Virus record (IMG/VR): IMGVR_UViG_3300035698_034576
Span: 19,152 to 83,151 of that record
Length of the DNA stretch: 64,000 nt
Reading direction: 5' to 3' (one strand)
Source of the DNA: a virus
Position numbers and translations under genes: made by a program. The notes beneath the pieces are model-generated. The model saw only the letters and a list, made by a program, of their open reading frames with translations, searched no databases and had not been told where the DNA came from. This document shows, in pieces, positions 26,517 through 36,082 of the stretch. Positions within the stretch are counted from its first letter, which is position 1; each line of letters begins with the position of its first letter.

Positions 26517-29093
26517 ATGAAAACTGATTTAATTAGTAAGAGCAAAGGACTGGGAATAGCTAGATCATTTGAAAATGATATTGAGAAGGCTAAAGCTTTC
26601 CCTCCAGGGACAATTAAAAATTATAATGGCAAGAGATATATTAAAGTATCAGATGCAAAAGGTTTGGAATGGAAAGACCAATGGAAAATGATCCATAGTA
26701 AAAAACAAATAGAGGAAACTCTTGAAGAGTTTGGTAATGTTCCTGGACTCTCTGGTAAACTTTCTGGATTGCCTGCTGATGCTGAATCAAAACCAAGCGC
26801 TCCCTCTGTTGAAAAAAAGGAAACCTCAGGAAATGATTCAAGTAATGATCCAGTTATAGGCACTTTAAATAAGGTATCTACATCAAAAGATCATTCTCCT
26901 TTGACGAGACTTGAAAATATGTACAGCTATGGGTTGGAAGATCCAATGACTTTAGCTACATTTTCTGGAGCCCATTATTCTGAAGTTCAGAAATTTTTAG
27001 CAAATAAAAAAGAAACTGAAATTAAATCTGCTTTTACAGAAGTTGAAAAAGAAAGGATTGCCGCAGCGACAAGAAAGAAAAGACTTTCTCTTTATGCGGA
27101 ACTAGCTGGCATTTCTGTTCATGATAGATGGAGAACGTATGATACCATTCTTGAAAACACTATGGAGGGCAAGTTCAAATCTATGATTGCATTTGGATCA
27201 GGTGGAGTAGGAAAAGCTCAGCCTTTGTACAGTAAGGTATTAACTCCTGAAGGCTTTGTAAAAATGGGGGAATTAAAAGTTGGAGATGAAGTTGTAACTC
27301 CTAAAGGGAGTTTATCTAAAATCTCAGATATTTATCCACAAGGCAAACGGGCTGTTTATGAATTAACCATGGAGGATAACACTAAAATTAGATCTGATGT
27401 GGAACATTTATGGAAAGTTCTAGACACAGAGGATGATTTTAGTGAAAAAGTATTATCCCTGGAAGACATAGTGGAAAAAGGCTTAAAAACTGAAAATGGC
27501 TGGAGATTTGGAATTCCATTTATTGATAAGCCTTTTGGAGCTCCAAAAAATATTGATTTGCCGGTTAACCCTTGGCTTATTGGATGGCTACTTGGAAATG
27601 GTTGCTTTTCAAACAATCTTTCCTTTGATATTAATCCATTAGATAAAGAATTCCTTTTAAGCAAAATTGAAGAGTATCTTCCAAAAAATTTAAAGATCTC
27701 TAAGAAAATAAGCCCCACCAAGTTCAGTATCATTGGGAATGATAAATTAGATGAAAAAGAATTAGAGCTAGCAATCAATCAGCTGTCCCTGCCTGAAAGA
27801 GAAAACTGTTCTGCATTTATTCCTGGGGTATACAAAAGATCTTCTGTTGAACAGAAGCTCCATATTATACAGGGCTTAATGGATTCAGCTGGATATATAG
27901 ATCAAGCTGGAATGCTAAAATTTTCCTCTCCATATAAGATATTGGCTCAGGATTTTTATGATTTAGTTAAATCATTTGGAAGAATGGCTTATATTGAAGA
28001 AAAGACCGTATCATTTTTTGGAACTGATTCAAGAGAAAATTGGATAGTATCTTTTGATTTAGGAGAAGGGTACCTTCCTTATTCCTCCCCGGCAAGATCT
28101 AATGAATACCGTCCTAAGGATAAAGAAGGATCCATGCCAATAGTGGATATTTCGTTTATAGCCATAGAAGACACCCAATGTATTTCAATAGAAGATGCAG
28201 ATAAAATGTATATCACAGATGGTTACATTCAAACCCATAATACATGGAACATGCAATTAGCAACTAAGAAATTTGTTGTTAATAGGGAAACAGGAATTAT
28301 TATGAGAAAAGAGGATTTCAAGAAAACTTTTGGTCCAGATGCTACTTGGGATGATTCTCACATTAAAACAGTTCCAAAAAATGATTACCGGGAACTGCGC
28401 CAGTTTGATCCTACAAAAAAGTTTAGTGCTTCAGATTACGAATATGTAGTTATAGGGGGTTCAATATCCCCAGTTATGACATATTCAAGTATCTATCAAC
28501 ATAACAAGAAGATTATTGTTTTTGATGATATTGATAAGATCCTTAAGAATAGAGAGGGGCTTGATGTTCTTAAAGGGGCTTTGGATGGAGAAATAAAAGA
28601 TATTTCATGGGGTACTTCAACAACTCCTAAGGATATGCTAGGAGTTGATGTTCCTAAAACCTTTAAGTTTGAAGGCAGGGCTATATTTATAACCAACCTA
28701 ACCAATGAACAACTTAAGACTCCAGAGCTACAACCTATCACTCAGTCTAGAGCTGAGCCTGTGGATTTAACAATGACAAAAGAGGAAACTATTCAAAAGC
28801 TACAGACTTTGGTTAAGACTATGGAAGTTAAAGATGCGGCTGGAGAGGTTATTGATGCTTCCCCTGAGGACAAGCAACAGGCCTTAGACTATATGATTGA
28901 AATGAAGGATATAATTCATGCAGGATACTTCAATGCTAGAAAGCTAGGAGCGCTAACAAAACTTCTTAAGATTTCCAAAAATGATACCGAACTGTTTAGA
29001 AAAATGGCTTCATCTTCTCTACAGGTCCCTACAGGCGAGCAAATACCTGAGGATTGGATTTTCAATTATGACGATGATGAAGGAATAGTTTAA
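26517..29093 (+). CDS. AAA+/P-loop ATPase with intein and a leader-bearing N-terminus
   Basis: IARSFENDIEKA-KAFPPGTIK..GKRYIK; Walker A GSGGVGK|T split by the intein; Walker B IIVFDD. Confidence 0.8.
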   Translation: MKTDLISKSKGLGIARSFENDIEKAKAFPPGTIKNYNGKRYIKVSDAKGLEWKDQWKMIHSKKQIEETLEEFGNVPGLSGKLSGLPADAESKPSAPSVEKKETSGNDSSNDPVIGTLNKVSTSKDHSPLTRLENMYSYGLEDPMTLATFSGAHYSEVQKFLANKKETEIKSAFTEVEKERIAAATRKKRLSLYAELAGISVHDRWRTYDTILENTMEGKFKSMIAFGSGGVGKAQPLYSKVLTPEGFVKMGELKVGDEVVTPKGSLSKISDIYPQGKRAVYELTMEDNTKIRSDVEHLWKVLDTEDDFSEKVLSLEDIVEKGLKTENGWRFGIPFIDKPFGAPKNIDLPVNPWLIGWLLGNGCFSNNLSFDINPLDKEFLLSKIEEYLPKNLKISKKISPTKFSIIGNDKLDEKELELAINQLSLPERENCSAFIPGVYKRSSVEQKLHIIQGLMDSAGYIDQAGMLKFSSPYKILAQDFYDLVKSFGRMAYIEEKTVSFFGTDSRENWIVSFDLGEGYLPYSSPARSNEYRPKDKEGSMPIVDISFIAIEDTQCISIEDADKMYITDGYIQTHNTWNMQLATKKFVVNRETGIIMRKEDFKKTFGPDATWDDSHIKTVPKNDYRELRQFDPTKKFSASDYEYVVIGGSISPVMTYSSIYQHNKKIIVFDDIDKILKNREGLDVLKGALDGEIKDISWGTSTTPKDMLGVDVPKTFKFEGRAIFITNLTNEQLKTPELQPITQSRAEPVDLTMTKEETIQKLQTLVKTMEVKDAAGEVIDASPEDKQQALDYMIEMKDIIHAGYFNARKLGALTKLLKISKNDTELFRKMASSSLQVPTGEQIPEDWIFNYDDDEGIV
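27216..28241 (+). mobile_element. Class 3 (Ala-start, WCT) intein with degenerate LAGLIDADG domain, 342 aa
   Basis: Starts AQPLYSKV; EHLW, TQCISI and QTHN|T; LAGLIDADG helices LIGWLLGNG and IQGLMDSAG. Confidence 0.85.
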
Positions 29094-29113
29094 ACTAATT
29101 AAAAATTAAGCAA

Positions 29114-29281
29114 ATGACATCAAAAGAAGATTTTAAAAATCAATACAGAAATAGTTCCATTGAGGCTTTGGACAGCATTATTGCTGGGATGCTTGCTAGC
29201 AAATCCGACAGCAATTTGTTATATGCCCTTACAGAGTTAGTTGATGAAAAGTTAGAAGAAGAAAGACTGATTTCTTCTTGA
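29114..29281 (+). CDS. 55-aa ORF in frame with the next gene, probably its disrupted N-terminus
   Basis: ATG 29114 is in frame with ATG 29324, with two TGA codons between them. Confidence 0.45.
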   Translation: MTSKEDFKNQYRNSSIEALDSIIAGMLASKSDSNLLYALTELVDEKLEEERLISS

Positions 29282-29323
29282 CGATTCAGAGCTAATTGAC
29301 GATTAATCTTAAAACACAATCTA

Positions 29324-31051
29324 ATGTTTGGAACAGACCTAAGGGGAAAGCGCCAGCCTATTGGTACAACTACTGTTCGCGGAGACGGTTCAAGGTATAT
29401 AAAAATATGTCTTGAACCGTATGGCGATAACTGGCTTAGAGTAGTAATTCCTGGAGAGACAAAAAGAATTATTGAATCTTTAGATACCAAAGGAACAGCT
29501 ATTCGTAAGTATGATAAGCCTTTAAATGGAGTAAGACTTTTGGACAAGCTAATTGTTGATTTTTATAAAGATAAAATAGGCTATTCAAAAGAAGCTGCTG
29601 AATCTATGCCAGGGAAGTTTAAAGCTATTGGAGGTTTTGAAGGAGCTTCTGTATATTCTTTTTCTAATTTTTTCACTCAAATAGCAATGGCTAAGAGGCA
29701 GAATAAAAAATTAGATAGCAGAGCGGCAATAAGAAAAGCAGAAATTATAGCTTGGGAAAAACAAGTTGCTTTAGTTGGGGAGGATGGAGCTGGGACCGAA
29801 CCCTTAGATTATGATTTTGAAGGGGATAAAACTCCAATCAGAGAAGTCTCTAAAGAAGAAATAGAGGGTTTGTCTTTAACAATGGATGAAGCTTTAAAAA
29901 CTCTTCGCAGAGGGGTCACTTTTGACGGAGAGCAAAAAGAGGCTTACTGGGGAGGATTAGAAAAAGCTGGAAAATGGCCTGAAAAATATAGGATAATGCC
30001 AGAAATTGTGGCTGAAAGAGCTGCCCTTGAAGACAATTTTAAAAAAGCTTTTAAGGGAGAGCATGACTGGATTGTTAAGGAAACATTTGATCAAAATATA
30101 GATATTTACTTTGATAGATACTTCAGAAACTTCCGTGATCAAATAATGGTAGATGAAGGAAAGAGAATATCTAAAGAATACGAATTAGACCTTGATGGAG
30201 ATACAATAACTTTTTATGATAAGTTTTATAATATAATGCATAATCTTAAAGAGTTTGAAATAGACAGCTTAGCTAAACTTAGATTCAAAAGTAAGATTGG
30301 CAAAAATCTTAATGGAAAGTGGAAAAAAGAACATATTGCTATATTAGAAAATACTGAATTAATTTCCCAAAGTCTTCCTTTAGGCCATTTCATAAATAAT
30401 CCTCGGCTCAGCACTTTTCAGGCCCCAGATTATTTTATTGGAAGTGGATATGCCTCTTATAATCAGTCATCAAATACTATTGAGTTTTCAAGACAATTTA
30501 TGAACAATGCTTCTGCCCAAGGACACTTGACAGATCCTTTAGAATTTTTTTCAGTTGCTCCCCATGAGATAGGACATGCTGTTTCTAGGTATTTCAGGAA
30601 AGATATTCATCCTTTAGGGTATCAAGAATGGGTAAGTTTATGTGGGTGGGATAACAGGCAAGAAAATTTGCATGCAACAGGTGATGATAGAGATATTGAA
30701 AGACTAGGAGAGAACAATAGTATCAAGTTGATAACAGAGTATGCTAATAAGTCCCCTGAAGAAGCTTTTGCGGAATATTATTCATGTTATTTCCAGAATA
30801 AAGAAAATATTGACAATTGGCTTGATACAAATGATCCCTCTTTTCTGTCCAAAACACAAAGGCCTAAAATGAACTATATTTCTTTTTGGAAAGAGGATGT
30901 TAGGACAGGAAAAATGCATAAAATGAGTTATCCTAAAGTAAGTCGTGAGAATGGCATTTATTACAGAAATTCTGTTGTTGGAACTTCTCAAATGACTTCA
31001 AACAAAGAAATATTTAGTTTCATGAGAGAGGTCATATTTGACAATGTTTAA
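29324..31051 (+). CDS. Zincin-like metallopeptidase domain protein
   Basis: APHEIGHAV (HExxH) and TEYANKSPEEAFAE; N-terminal PIGTTTVRGDGSRYIK module. Confidence 0.75.
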   Translation: MFGTDLRGKRQPIGTTTVRGDGSRYIKICLEPYGDNWLRVVIPGETKRIIESLDTKGTAIRKYDKPLNGVRLLDKLIVDFYKDKIGYSKEAAESMPGKFKAIGGFEGASVYSFSNFFTQIAMAKRQNKKLDSRAAIRKAEIIAWEKQVALVGEDGAGTEPLDYDFEGDKTPIREVSKEEIEGLSLTMDEALKTLRRGVTFDGEQKEAYWGGLEKAGKWPEKYRIMPEIVAERAALEDNFKKAFKGEHDWIVKETFDQNIDIYFDRYFRNFRDQIMVDEGKRISKEYELDLDGDTITFYDKFYNIMHNLKEFEIDSLAKLRFKSKIGKNLNGKWKKEHIAILENTELISQSLPLGHFINNPRLSTFQAPDYFIGSGYASYNQSSNTIEFSRQFMNNASAQGHLTDPLEFFSVAPHEIGHAVSRYFRKDIHPLGYQEWVSLCGWDNRQENLHATGDDRDIERLGENNSIKLITEYANKSPEEAFAEYYSCYFQNKENIDNWLDTNDPSFLSKTQRPKMNYISFWKEDVRTGKMHKMSYPKVSRENGIYYRNSVVGTSQMTSNKEIFSFMREVIFDNV

Positions 31052-31583
31052 AAATATTTTTACGCAAACAAATTTCAACTACTTTCACTTGATGAACAAG
31101 TCAATAGAATCAAAACATTTATCTAAGGAAAATAAAGGGATCACAAAAGCTGTGATTGGAATAGTTTTTAATAAAGAGGGCAAAGTTTTACTAGGCTTTT
31201 CCTCTCTTAATGATAACTTAAGAAAAGATAAGTGGTGTTTTCCTGGGGGAGGACGTGAGAAAGGAGAGAGTGATTATCAAGCTGGGGTTAGAGAAGTAAA
31301 AGAGGAAACAGGTATTACAGCTAAACCTTTGAATCTATCCCCCTTTATAGACACAGAGGTTCCAAATATAACTTTTGTTATTATGGTAAAAACAGGAGGA
31401 AAGCTACAACCTAATGAAGAATTTCATTATTTAGACTGGTTTTCTCCTGACAGCCTGCCAAAAAACATTGTAAAGTCAAATGCTAAAATAGTAAATATTG
31501 CCATCAAAACAATAGAAGAGGCAACTAAGAATATTTCTTCATTTTCCTTCATTGGCAAAGATTCAGTAATAGGGAGTTTTTAA
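31038..31583 (+). CDS. Nudix hydrolase
   Basis: Nudix box GGGREKGESDYQAGVREVKEETGI. Confidence 0.9.
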   Translation: MTMFKNIFTQTNFNYFHLMNKSIESKHLSKENKGITKAVIGIVFNKEGKVLLGFSSLNDNLRKDKWCFPGGGREKGESDYQAGVREVKEETGITAKPLNLSPFIDTEVPNITFVIMVKTGGKLQPNEEFHYLDWFSPDSLPKNIVKSNAKIVNIAIKTIEEATKNISSFSFIGKDSVIGSF

Positions 31584-31619
31584 CTTAAAGGACTTACAGA
31601 ATTCAATAAAACTGTGAAT

Positions 31620-31775
31620 ATGAAAGAACCAAAAGTTACATCAAAAGATAGGGCTAAATTCCCTAAAGTTCAGGACGCTTATGAAAATGCCTTTAAAAAA
31701 TCTTACCAGGAAATGATAAAAGCTTCCCTGACTGAACTTATGGATAAGTTGGGCAAAGCTATTAAAGGAGTTTGA
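31620..31775 (+). CDS. 51-aa hypothetical protein (not in ORF track)
   Basis: MKEPKVTSKDRAKFP...LGKAIKGV. Confidence 0.4.
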   Translation: MKEPKVTSKDRAKFPKVQDAYENAFKKSYQEMIKASLTELMDKLGKAIKGV

Positions 31776-31831
31776 AAACTATTGACCTATGACAATTTTT
31801 ACTATATTTAATAAAATTAATACATAAGAAA

Positions 31832-33136
31832 ATGGACGGTTTAATTAACTTAGAAGATAAAAGAAAGATAATAGCTTCAAATTTTATAGAGTTTGAACCT
31901 AATATCTTAAAAGCCAGAGCTGGAAGATATGCTGATACATCAGAAAACCGATCTAAAAAAAGAGTTGGTGAGCAGTATGGATCTAAGAAAGAAGAGGAAG
32001 TTAAGGAGGGGAGGGATCCTAAAAAAGAGGACCCAGAAACATCAAGATCAAAAAAAGAAGAGGACCCAAAGAAAGAGGGTAAAGAAAAAGTAGCAAAAAC
32101 AACATCAGAACATGCAAAAGACACTTCAACAGAAGATCTTCAGAATTATGTAGATAATTTCAACCCAGATTCAGTTGTATTCAATAATCAAGAGCTTTTT
32201 GATGAAGCAAAAAAGGAGCTTGCTTCAAGGTCAAAAGAAGGAAAAAGTAAAACAGAAGTTGGTATGATGAAGATTGAAGATAAAATATCTTCTTTAAAAC
32301 AAACCATTGAGGCTACCAGCTCCTTATTAGACACCCTTCCAGAGGGAAAAATGAAAGAAGGAATTGCTCTTAGCATAGAGCAGGGGGAAGATGAGATAAG
32401 AAGCCTAGAAAGTGAAAAAACTTCTCTTGAGAAAAAAAATAAAAAAGAGAAAGAGCCTAAAATTTCACCAGAAGCCTTCATTGCAACATCATCAGTGAAT
32501 GATCTAGCCAAGAAATCTAGCGAACTTGCAAAAGAATCTTCAGAAGCTTTATCAGAAGGAAATTATGAGCTGGCTTCAGAATTAGCAAAACAATCAAGTC
32601 AATATGCACAGAGTATATCTGATAAGATGGGAGAAGCCTCTAAATCTAATGATAAGGAAAAGCTAATAAAAGAAAGAGCTTCCCTTGTTAAGAAGCAAGA
32701 TAAGTTACTTGGTCAAGTTAGCTCAACTTCAAAGGGTAGGCAACAAACAACCTTAAATAACGCTAGAATAAAAGAAATTGATGCAGAGCTTAGCGGTAGT
32801 CCCAAGGAGAAACCTTCTGAAAAGAGCGGGGATAGGGTTACTCTAAATGATCACATGTTAAAAGAGGCAAAGGATAAACCTTCTAAAAAAAATATGATTG
32901 ATGCCAAAATAGACAACAAAGAAGACTTTATCGATTCTATTCAAGAAGAAGACAATGAAGAGATTAATAAAATTTGGAAAAAAGTTTTAGAAGAGGAAGT
33001 TGTATCAGCTTTAGATAAAGAAGGCATAAATGACACTCAAGAAGCCAGAGATGATATTATGAATAACGATAAATTTCATGATACTATTTTTGGAAATGCT
33101 TATACTAAAGCTTTTAAAGAATATTCAAAAAAATAA
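31832..33136 (+). CDS. Tagged charged/coiled-coil putative internal head protein
   Basis: NILKA-RAGRYADTSENRSKKRVGEQY; late-type motif at about 31796-31816. Confidence 0.7.
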   Translation: MDGLINLEDKRKIIASNFIEFEPNILKARAGRYADTSENRSKKRVGEQYGSKKEEEVKEGRDPKKEDPETSRSKKEEDPKKEGKEKVAKTTSEHAKDTSTEDLQNYVDNFNPDSVVFNNQELFDEAKKELASRSKEGKSKTEVGMMKIEDKISSLKQTIEATSSLLDTLPEGKMKEGIALSIEQGEDEIRSLESEKTSLEKKNKKEKEPKISPEAFIATSSVNDLAKKSSELAKESSEALSEGNYELASELAKQSSQYAQSISDKMGEASKSNDKEKLIKERASLVKKQDKLLGQVSSTSKGRQQTTLNNARIKEIDAELSGSPKEKPSEKSGDRVTLNDHMLKEAKDKPSKKNMIDAKIDNKEDFIDSIQEEDNEEINKIWKKVLEEEVVSALDKEGINDTQEARDDIMNNDKFHDTIFGNAYTKAFKEYSKK

Positions 33137-33157
33137 AAGTTAGCAAATATAAAATGA

Positions 33158-35263
33158 ATGTTTTCAAAAGCAGAAATACAAGCTCTGTTAAATGTAATAA
33201 ACAAGAATAGTTTGTTCTTTATTGCTTCCCAACTTGGGAAGCATTTGTTATTACCGGACGATGTTTCTTTTTTAAAAAAGGAAGGAATAGATCTTTCTAA
33301 AATAATCACAAAACATAGTCCGCTAGAACAAGCCTATTTGTTTGGCCATATATCTACTCTTCTGGAAAATGATGTTGTCAAGAAGATGACCTTCAAAGAC
33401 TTCACTAAATACTTGACTAGTGATAAATGGATGCCTCTTATACAAAAAGAAAAATATGCTCTCACAGCAGTTGAAAACTTTGCATACTATGAAATTCGTG
33501 GACTTGGAACAAGATACAATCAAAGGCTTGGTCATTTAGTTTCTGAAGTAGATAAAAAAACAAAAGAGGCGAGAGAGTTAAGTGTTAAAAAGACGGCAAA
33601 AGAGGCTATTGTAAGAAGGGAGAATAAAAAGTGGCTAGCTTCAGAACTCAGATCAATAACAGAGGATTGGGGAAGAGATTGGGGAAGAGCTTCTGATTTT
33701 ATAATGACCACAGCTTACTCAAAGGGTTCTGTTGAAGCTGCAAAAAAGAGGTCTGGAGAACAAGCAAAGGTTTGGATGTCTGTTTATCCGCAAGCATGTA
33801 AGCATTGTATCAAAGCCTATTTAACAGATGGAATAGGATCAAGGCCAAGAGTTTTTCTTGTAACGGATCTTGAGAGGAATGGGACAAATATCGGAAGAAA
33901 GACTGCAGAAGCCTTACCCGTTGTTCCTCCATACCATCCACATTGTTTTACAAGTGGTAGGACTCCTGTTATGACAGAAGAGGGCTATAAATTTATAAAC
34001 AAAATAAAAATAGGGGATTTAGTTTTAACTCATAAAGGAAGATTCAGAAAAGTTAGTCAATTGCATTTTAATAAAATAAAAAAAATTGAGATAGAAAATA
34101 AATATTTCAATATTACTTATAAAATAAAGCAATTTGACAAAACCGATAAATTTGTTACTATTTGTAAGATAACTCCGGATCATCCTTTTTTATCAAATAA
34201 TAAGTGGGTGTCAGCTAAAAAACTGAAGATCAATGATACTTTATCTTTATTACAAAGAAAATGTTTTAATCCTAAATGTGAAAACTATACTTCTATATCT
34301 TCCAAATTTGAAGAAAATCAATATTGCTCCATAACTTGCGGAAATTCTCGCTCAGCTAATAAACAATGGGAAAATTACTCAGAGGATAAAAAAGCATCAA
34401 TATCTAAAAATATCAGTGAAGGAAATTTAAGAAGATATAAATTAACATCAAAAGAATACAGACAAAAATTAACTGAAAATGGACGTATAGCTCATGAAAA
34501 AGTAATGTCTACATGGTCAGATGAAAAGAAAAAAGAAGTTATTCTTAAAATAAGAAATTCTAATAAAAAAACATGGTCTTCTTTTACTGATAAAGTAAAA
34601 ACAAAAAAAGCTTCTAAAGCCAGGAAAAAAAATTCTTCTCATGGTAGATCAGGAAATTCTCCATTAGAAATTACTTTTTCAAAAATTTTAAGTAAATTTG
34701 ATCAGAATTTTACTAATAATTTTAAAATAGAAACAAAGAGAACAAACCCTAATAATTCAAATCAATCTATTTATAGATGGCTGGATTTTTATGACCCTAG
34801 ATTAAATATAGTTTTTGAAGTAGACAGTGATTATTGGCACTCTGATAAAGAAAGAGATAGGATAAGAGATAATGAAATTTTTAATCTGATAGGGGCGGAT
34901 ATATTTCATATAAAAGAAGATGAATTTAAAGATTTAATAAAGTTAGAGGAGAAGGTTGGAAGATTATTATCTAATCATAATGGAGACTACTCTTTCAAAG
35001 ATGTTAAAATTGTGGATATAGAAGAAGTTTTCTATAAAGGCAATGGAGAAGGAATGGTTTACACTTATAATCTTTCAGTGGAAGAAGATGAGAGTTATAT
35101 TGTAAAAGGGATCGCTGTACATAATTGCCGATGTGATCCAAACTATTTTCACGACGGATCTGAGTGGGACGAAGAAGAAAAAAGGTTTAAAAAACCTAAA
35201 TATGTATCAAAATACAAACCATTAGTCAAAGTTACTATTAACGGAAAAGAATATGAAGGATAA
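33158..35263 (+). CDS. MuF-like head morphogenesis protein with intein
   Basis: ACKHC...PPYHPH|CRC; the MuF C-terminal motif is interrupted by the intein. Confidence 0.8.
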   Translation: MFSKAEIQALLNVINKNSLFFIASQLGKHLLLPDDVSFLKKEGIDLSKIITKHSPLEQAYLFGHISTLLENDVVKKMTFKDFTKYLTSDKWMPLIQKEKYALTAVENFAYYEIRGLGTRYNQRLGHLVSEVDKKTKEARELSVKKTAKEAIVRRENKKWLASELRSITEDWGRDWGRASDFIMTTAYSKGSVEAAKKRSGEQAKVWMSVYPQACKHCIKAYLTDGIGSRPRVFLVTDLERNGTNIGRKTAEALPVVPPYHPHCFTSGRTPVMTEEGYKFINKIKIGDLVLTHKGRFRKVSQLHFNKIKKIEIENKYFNITYKIKQFDKTDKFVTICKITPDHPFLSNNKWVSAKKLKINDTLSLLQRKCFNPKCENYTSISSKFEENQYCSITCGNSRSANKQWENYSEDKKASISKNISEGNLRRYKLTSKEYRQKLTENGRIAHEKVMSTWSDEKKKEVILKIRNSNKKTWSSFTDKVKTKKASKARKKNSSHGRSGNSPLEITFSKILSKFDQNFTNNFKIETKRTNPNNSNQSIYRWLDFYDPRLNIVFEVDSDYWHSDKERDRIRDNEIFNLIGADIFHIKEDEFKDLIKLEEKVGRLLSNHNGDYSFKDVKIVDIEEVFYKGNGEGMVYTYNLSVEEDESYIVKGIAVHNCRCDPNYFHDGSEWDEEEKRFKKPKYVSKYKPLVKVTINGKEYEG
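33944..35125 (+). mobile_element. Intein (394 aa) with a Zn finger and a Vsr/DUF559-like endonuclease
   Basis: CFTSGRTPV, TPDHPFL, TYNLSVEEDESY, AVHN|C; nuclease WLDFYD..VFEVDSDYWH..DRIRD. Confidence 0.9.
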
Positions 35264-36065
35264 AGATATGAGCATATTAAGAGCTATAAGAGAAGCAACA
35301 GGACAATCCATGCCTCTTAAAAAAGGATTTAAAGCCTATATGAAATTAAAAGAAGAGGTTGATTTGTTAAAAGAAAGTTTATCCCTGCTCTCCATGCAGC
35401 AAGAAGCAACAAAAAACCATTTCAATAAAGCTCTTGAAGCAAATCCTTTAAGACTAGCTGAATTTAATAAAAGGTTTAACGCTAGCTTTGAAGATTATAT
35501 ATCAAAAGTTGAGGAGATAAAGAAAAGCCATGATGAAAAGAAATTGCTAATGGGCCATTACAAAGAGATCACTATTGGTCTTGATGACTGGCTAAGTAAG
35601 TTGATTGAGTATGACAATTTACTTGAAAGTAAAGAGTATAAGTACAAAAAGTTTTTAAAAGATGGTTTAGGGCTTTACAGGAAGGATTTGCCTCAGTTCT
35701 CTTACAAGGATATTCAGGATATATTGGTTAAGCTTGGCAGGGAGGGAATAATATTTAGTAAAGTATCTATTCCTATAGATTTAATAAAACCATCACAAAT
35801 TGATTTTTGCGAAGAAAAGATCCAGAATTTATTAAATAATGGAATTGATGATGAAAACTTTGTTCCAATTATATCTAAGGATTTATTTCTTATTGATGGG
35901 CACCACAGATGGGCTCAAAAACTAGAGGAAGATGATCAGCAAATAATAGATGCTTTTTACATCAACATGAAAGCTGTTGACCTTATAGAAAATCTTAAGA
36001 AAGAAGAGGAAAAAGATAGGGCGAGAGAATTGTTAAAGAGAGCTGAAGAAGCTGGATTGATTTAA
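35253..36065 (+). CDS. ParB/Srx-like domain protein
   Basis: IPIDLIKPSQ...PIISKDLFLIDGHHRW. Confidence 0.75.
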   Translation: MKDKDMSILRAIREATGQSMPLKKGFKAYMKLKEEVDLLKESLSLLSMQQEATKNHFNKALEANPLRLAEFNKRFNASFEDYISKVEEIKKSHDEKKLLMGHYKEITIGLDDWLSKLIEYDNLLESKEYKYKKFLKDGLGLYRKDLPQFSYKDIQDILVKLGREGIIFSKVSIPIDLIKPSQIDFCEEKIQNLLNNGIDDENFVPIISKDLFLIDGHHRWAQKLEEDDQQIIDAFYINMKAVDLIENLKKEEEKDRARELLKRAEEAGLI

Positions 36066-36082
36066 AAAAATTTTAAGATAGC

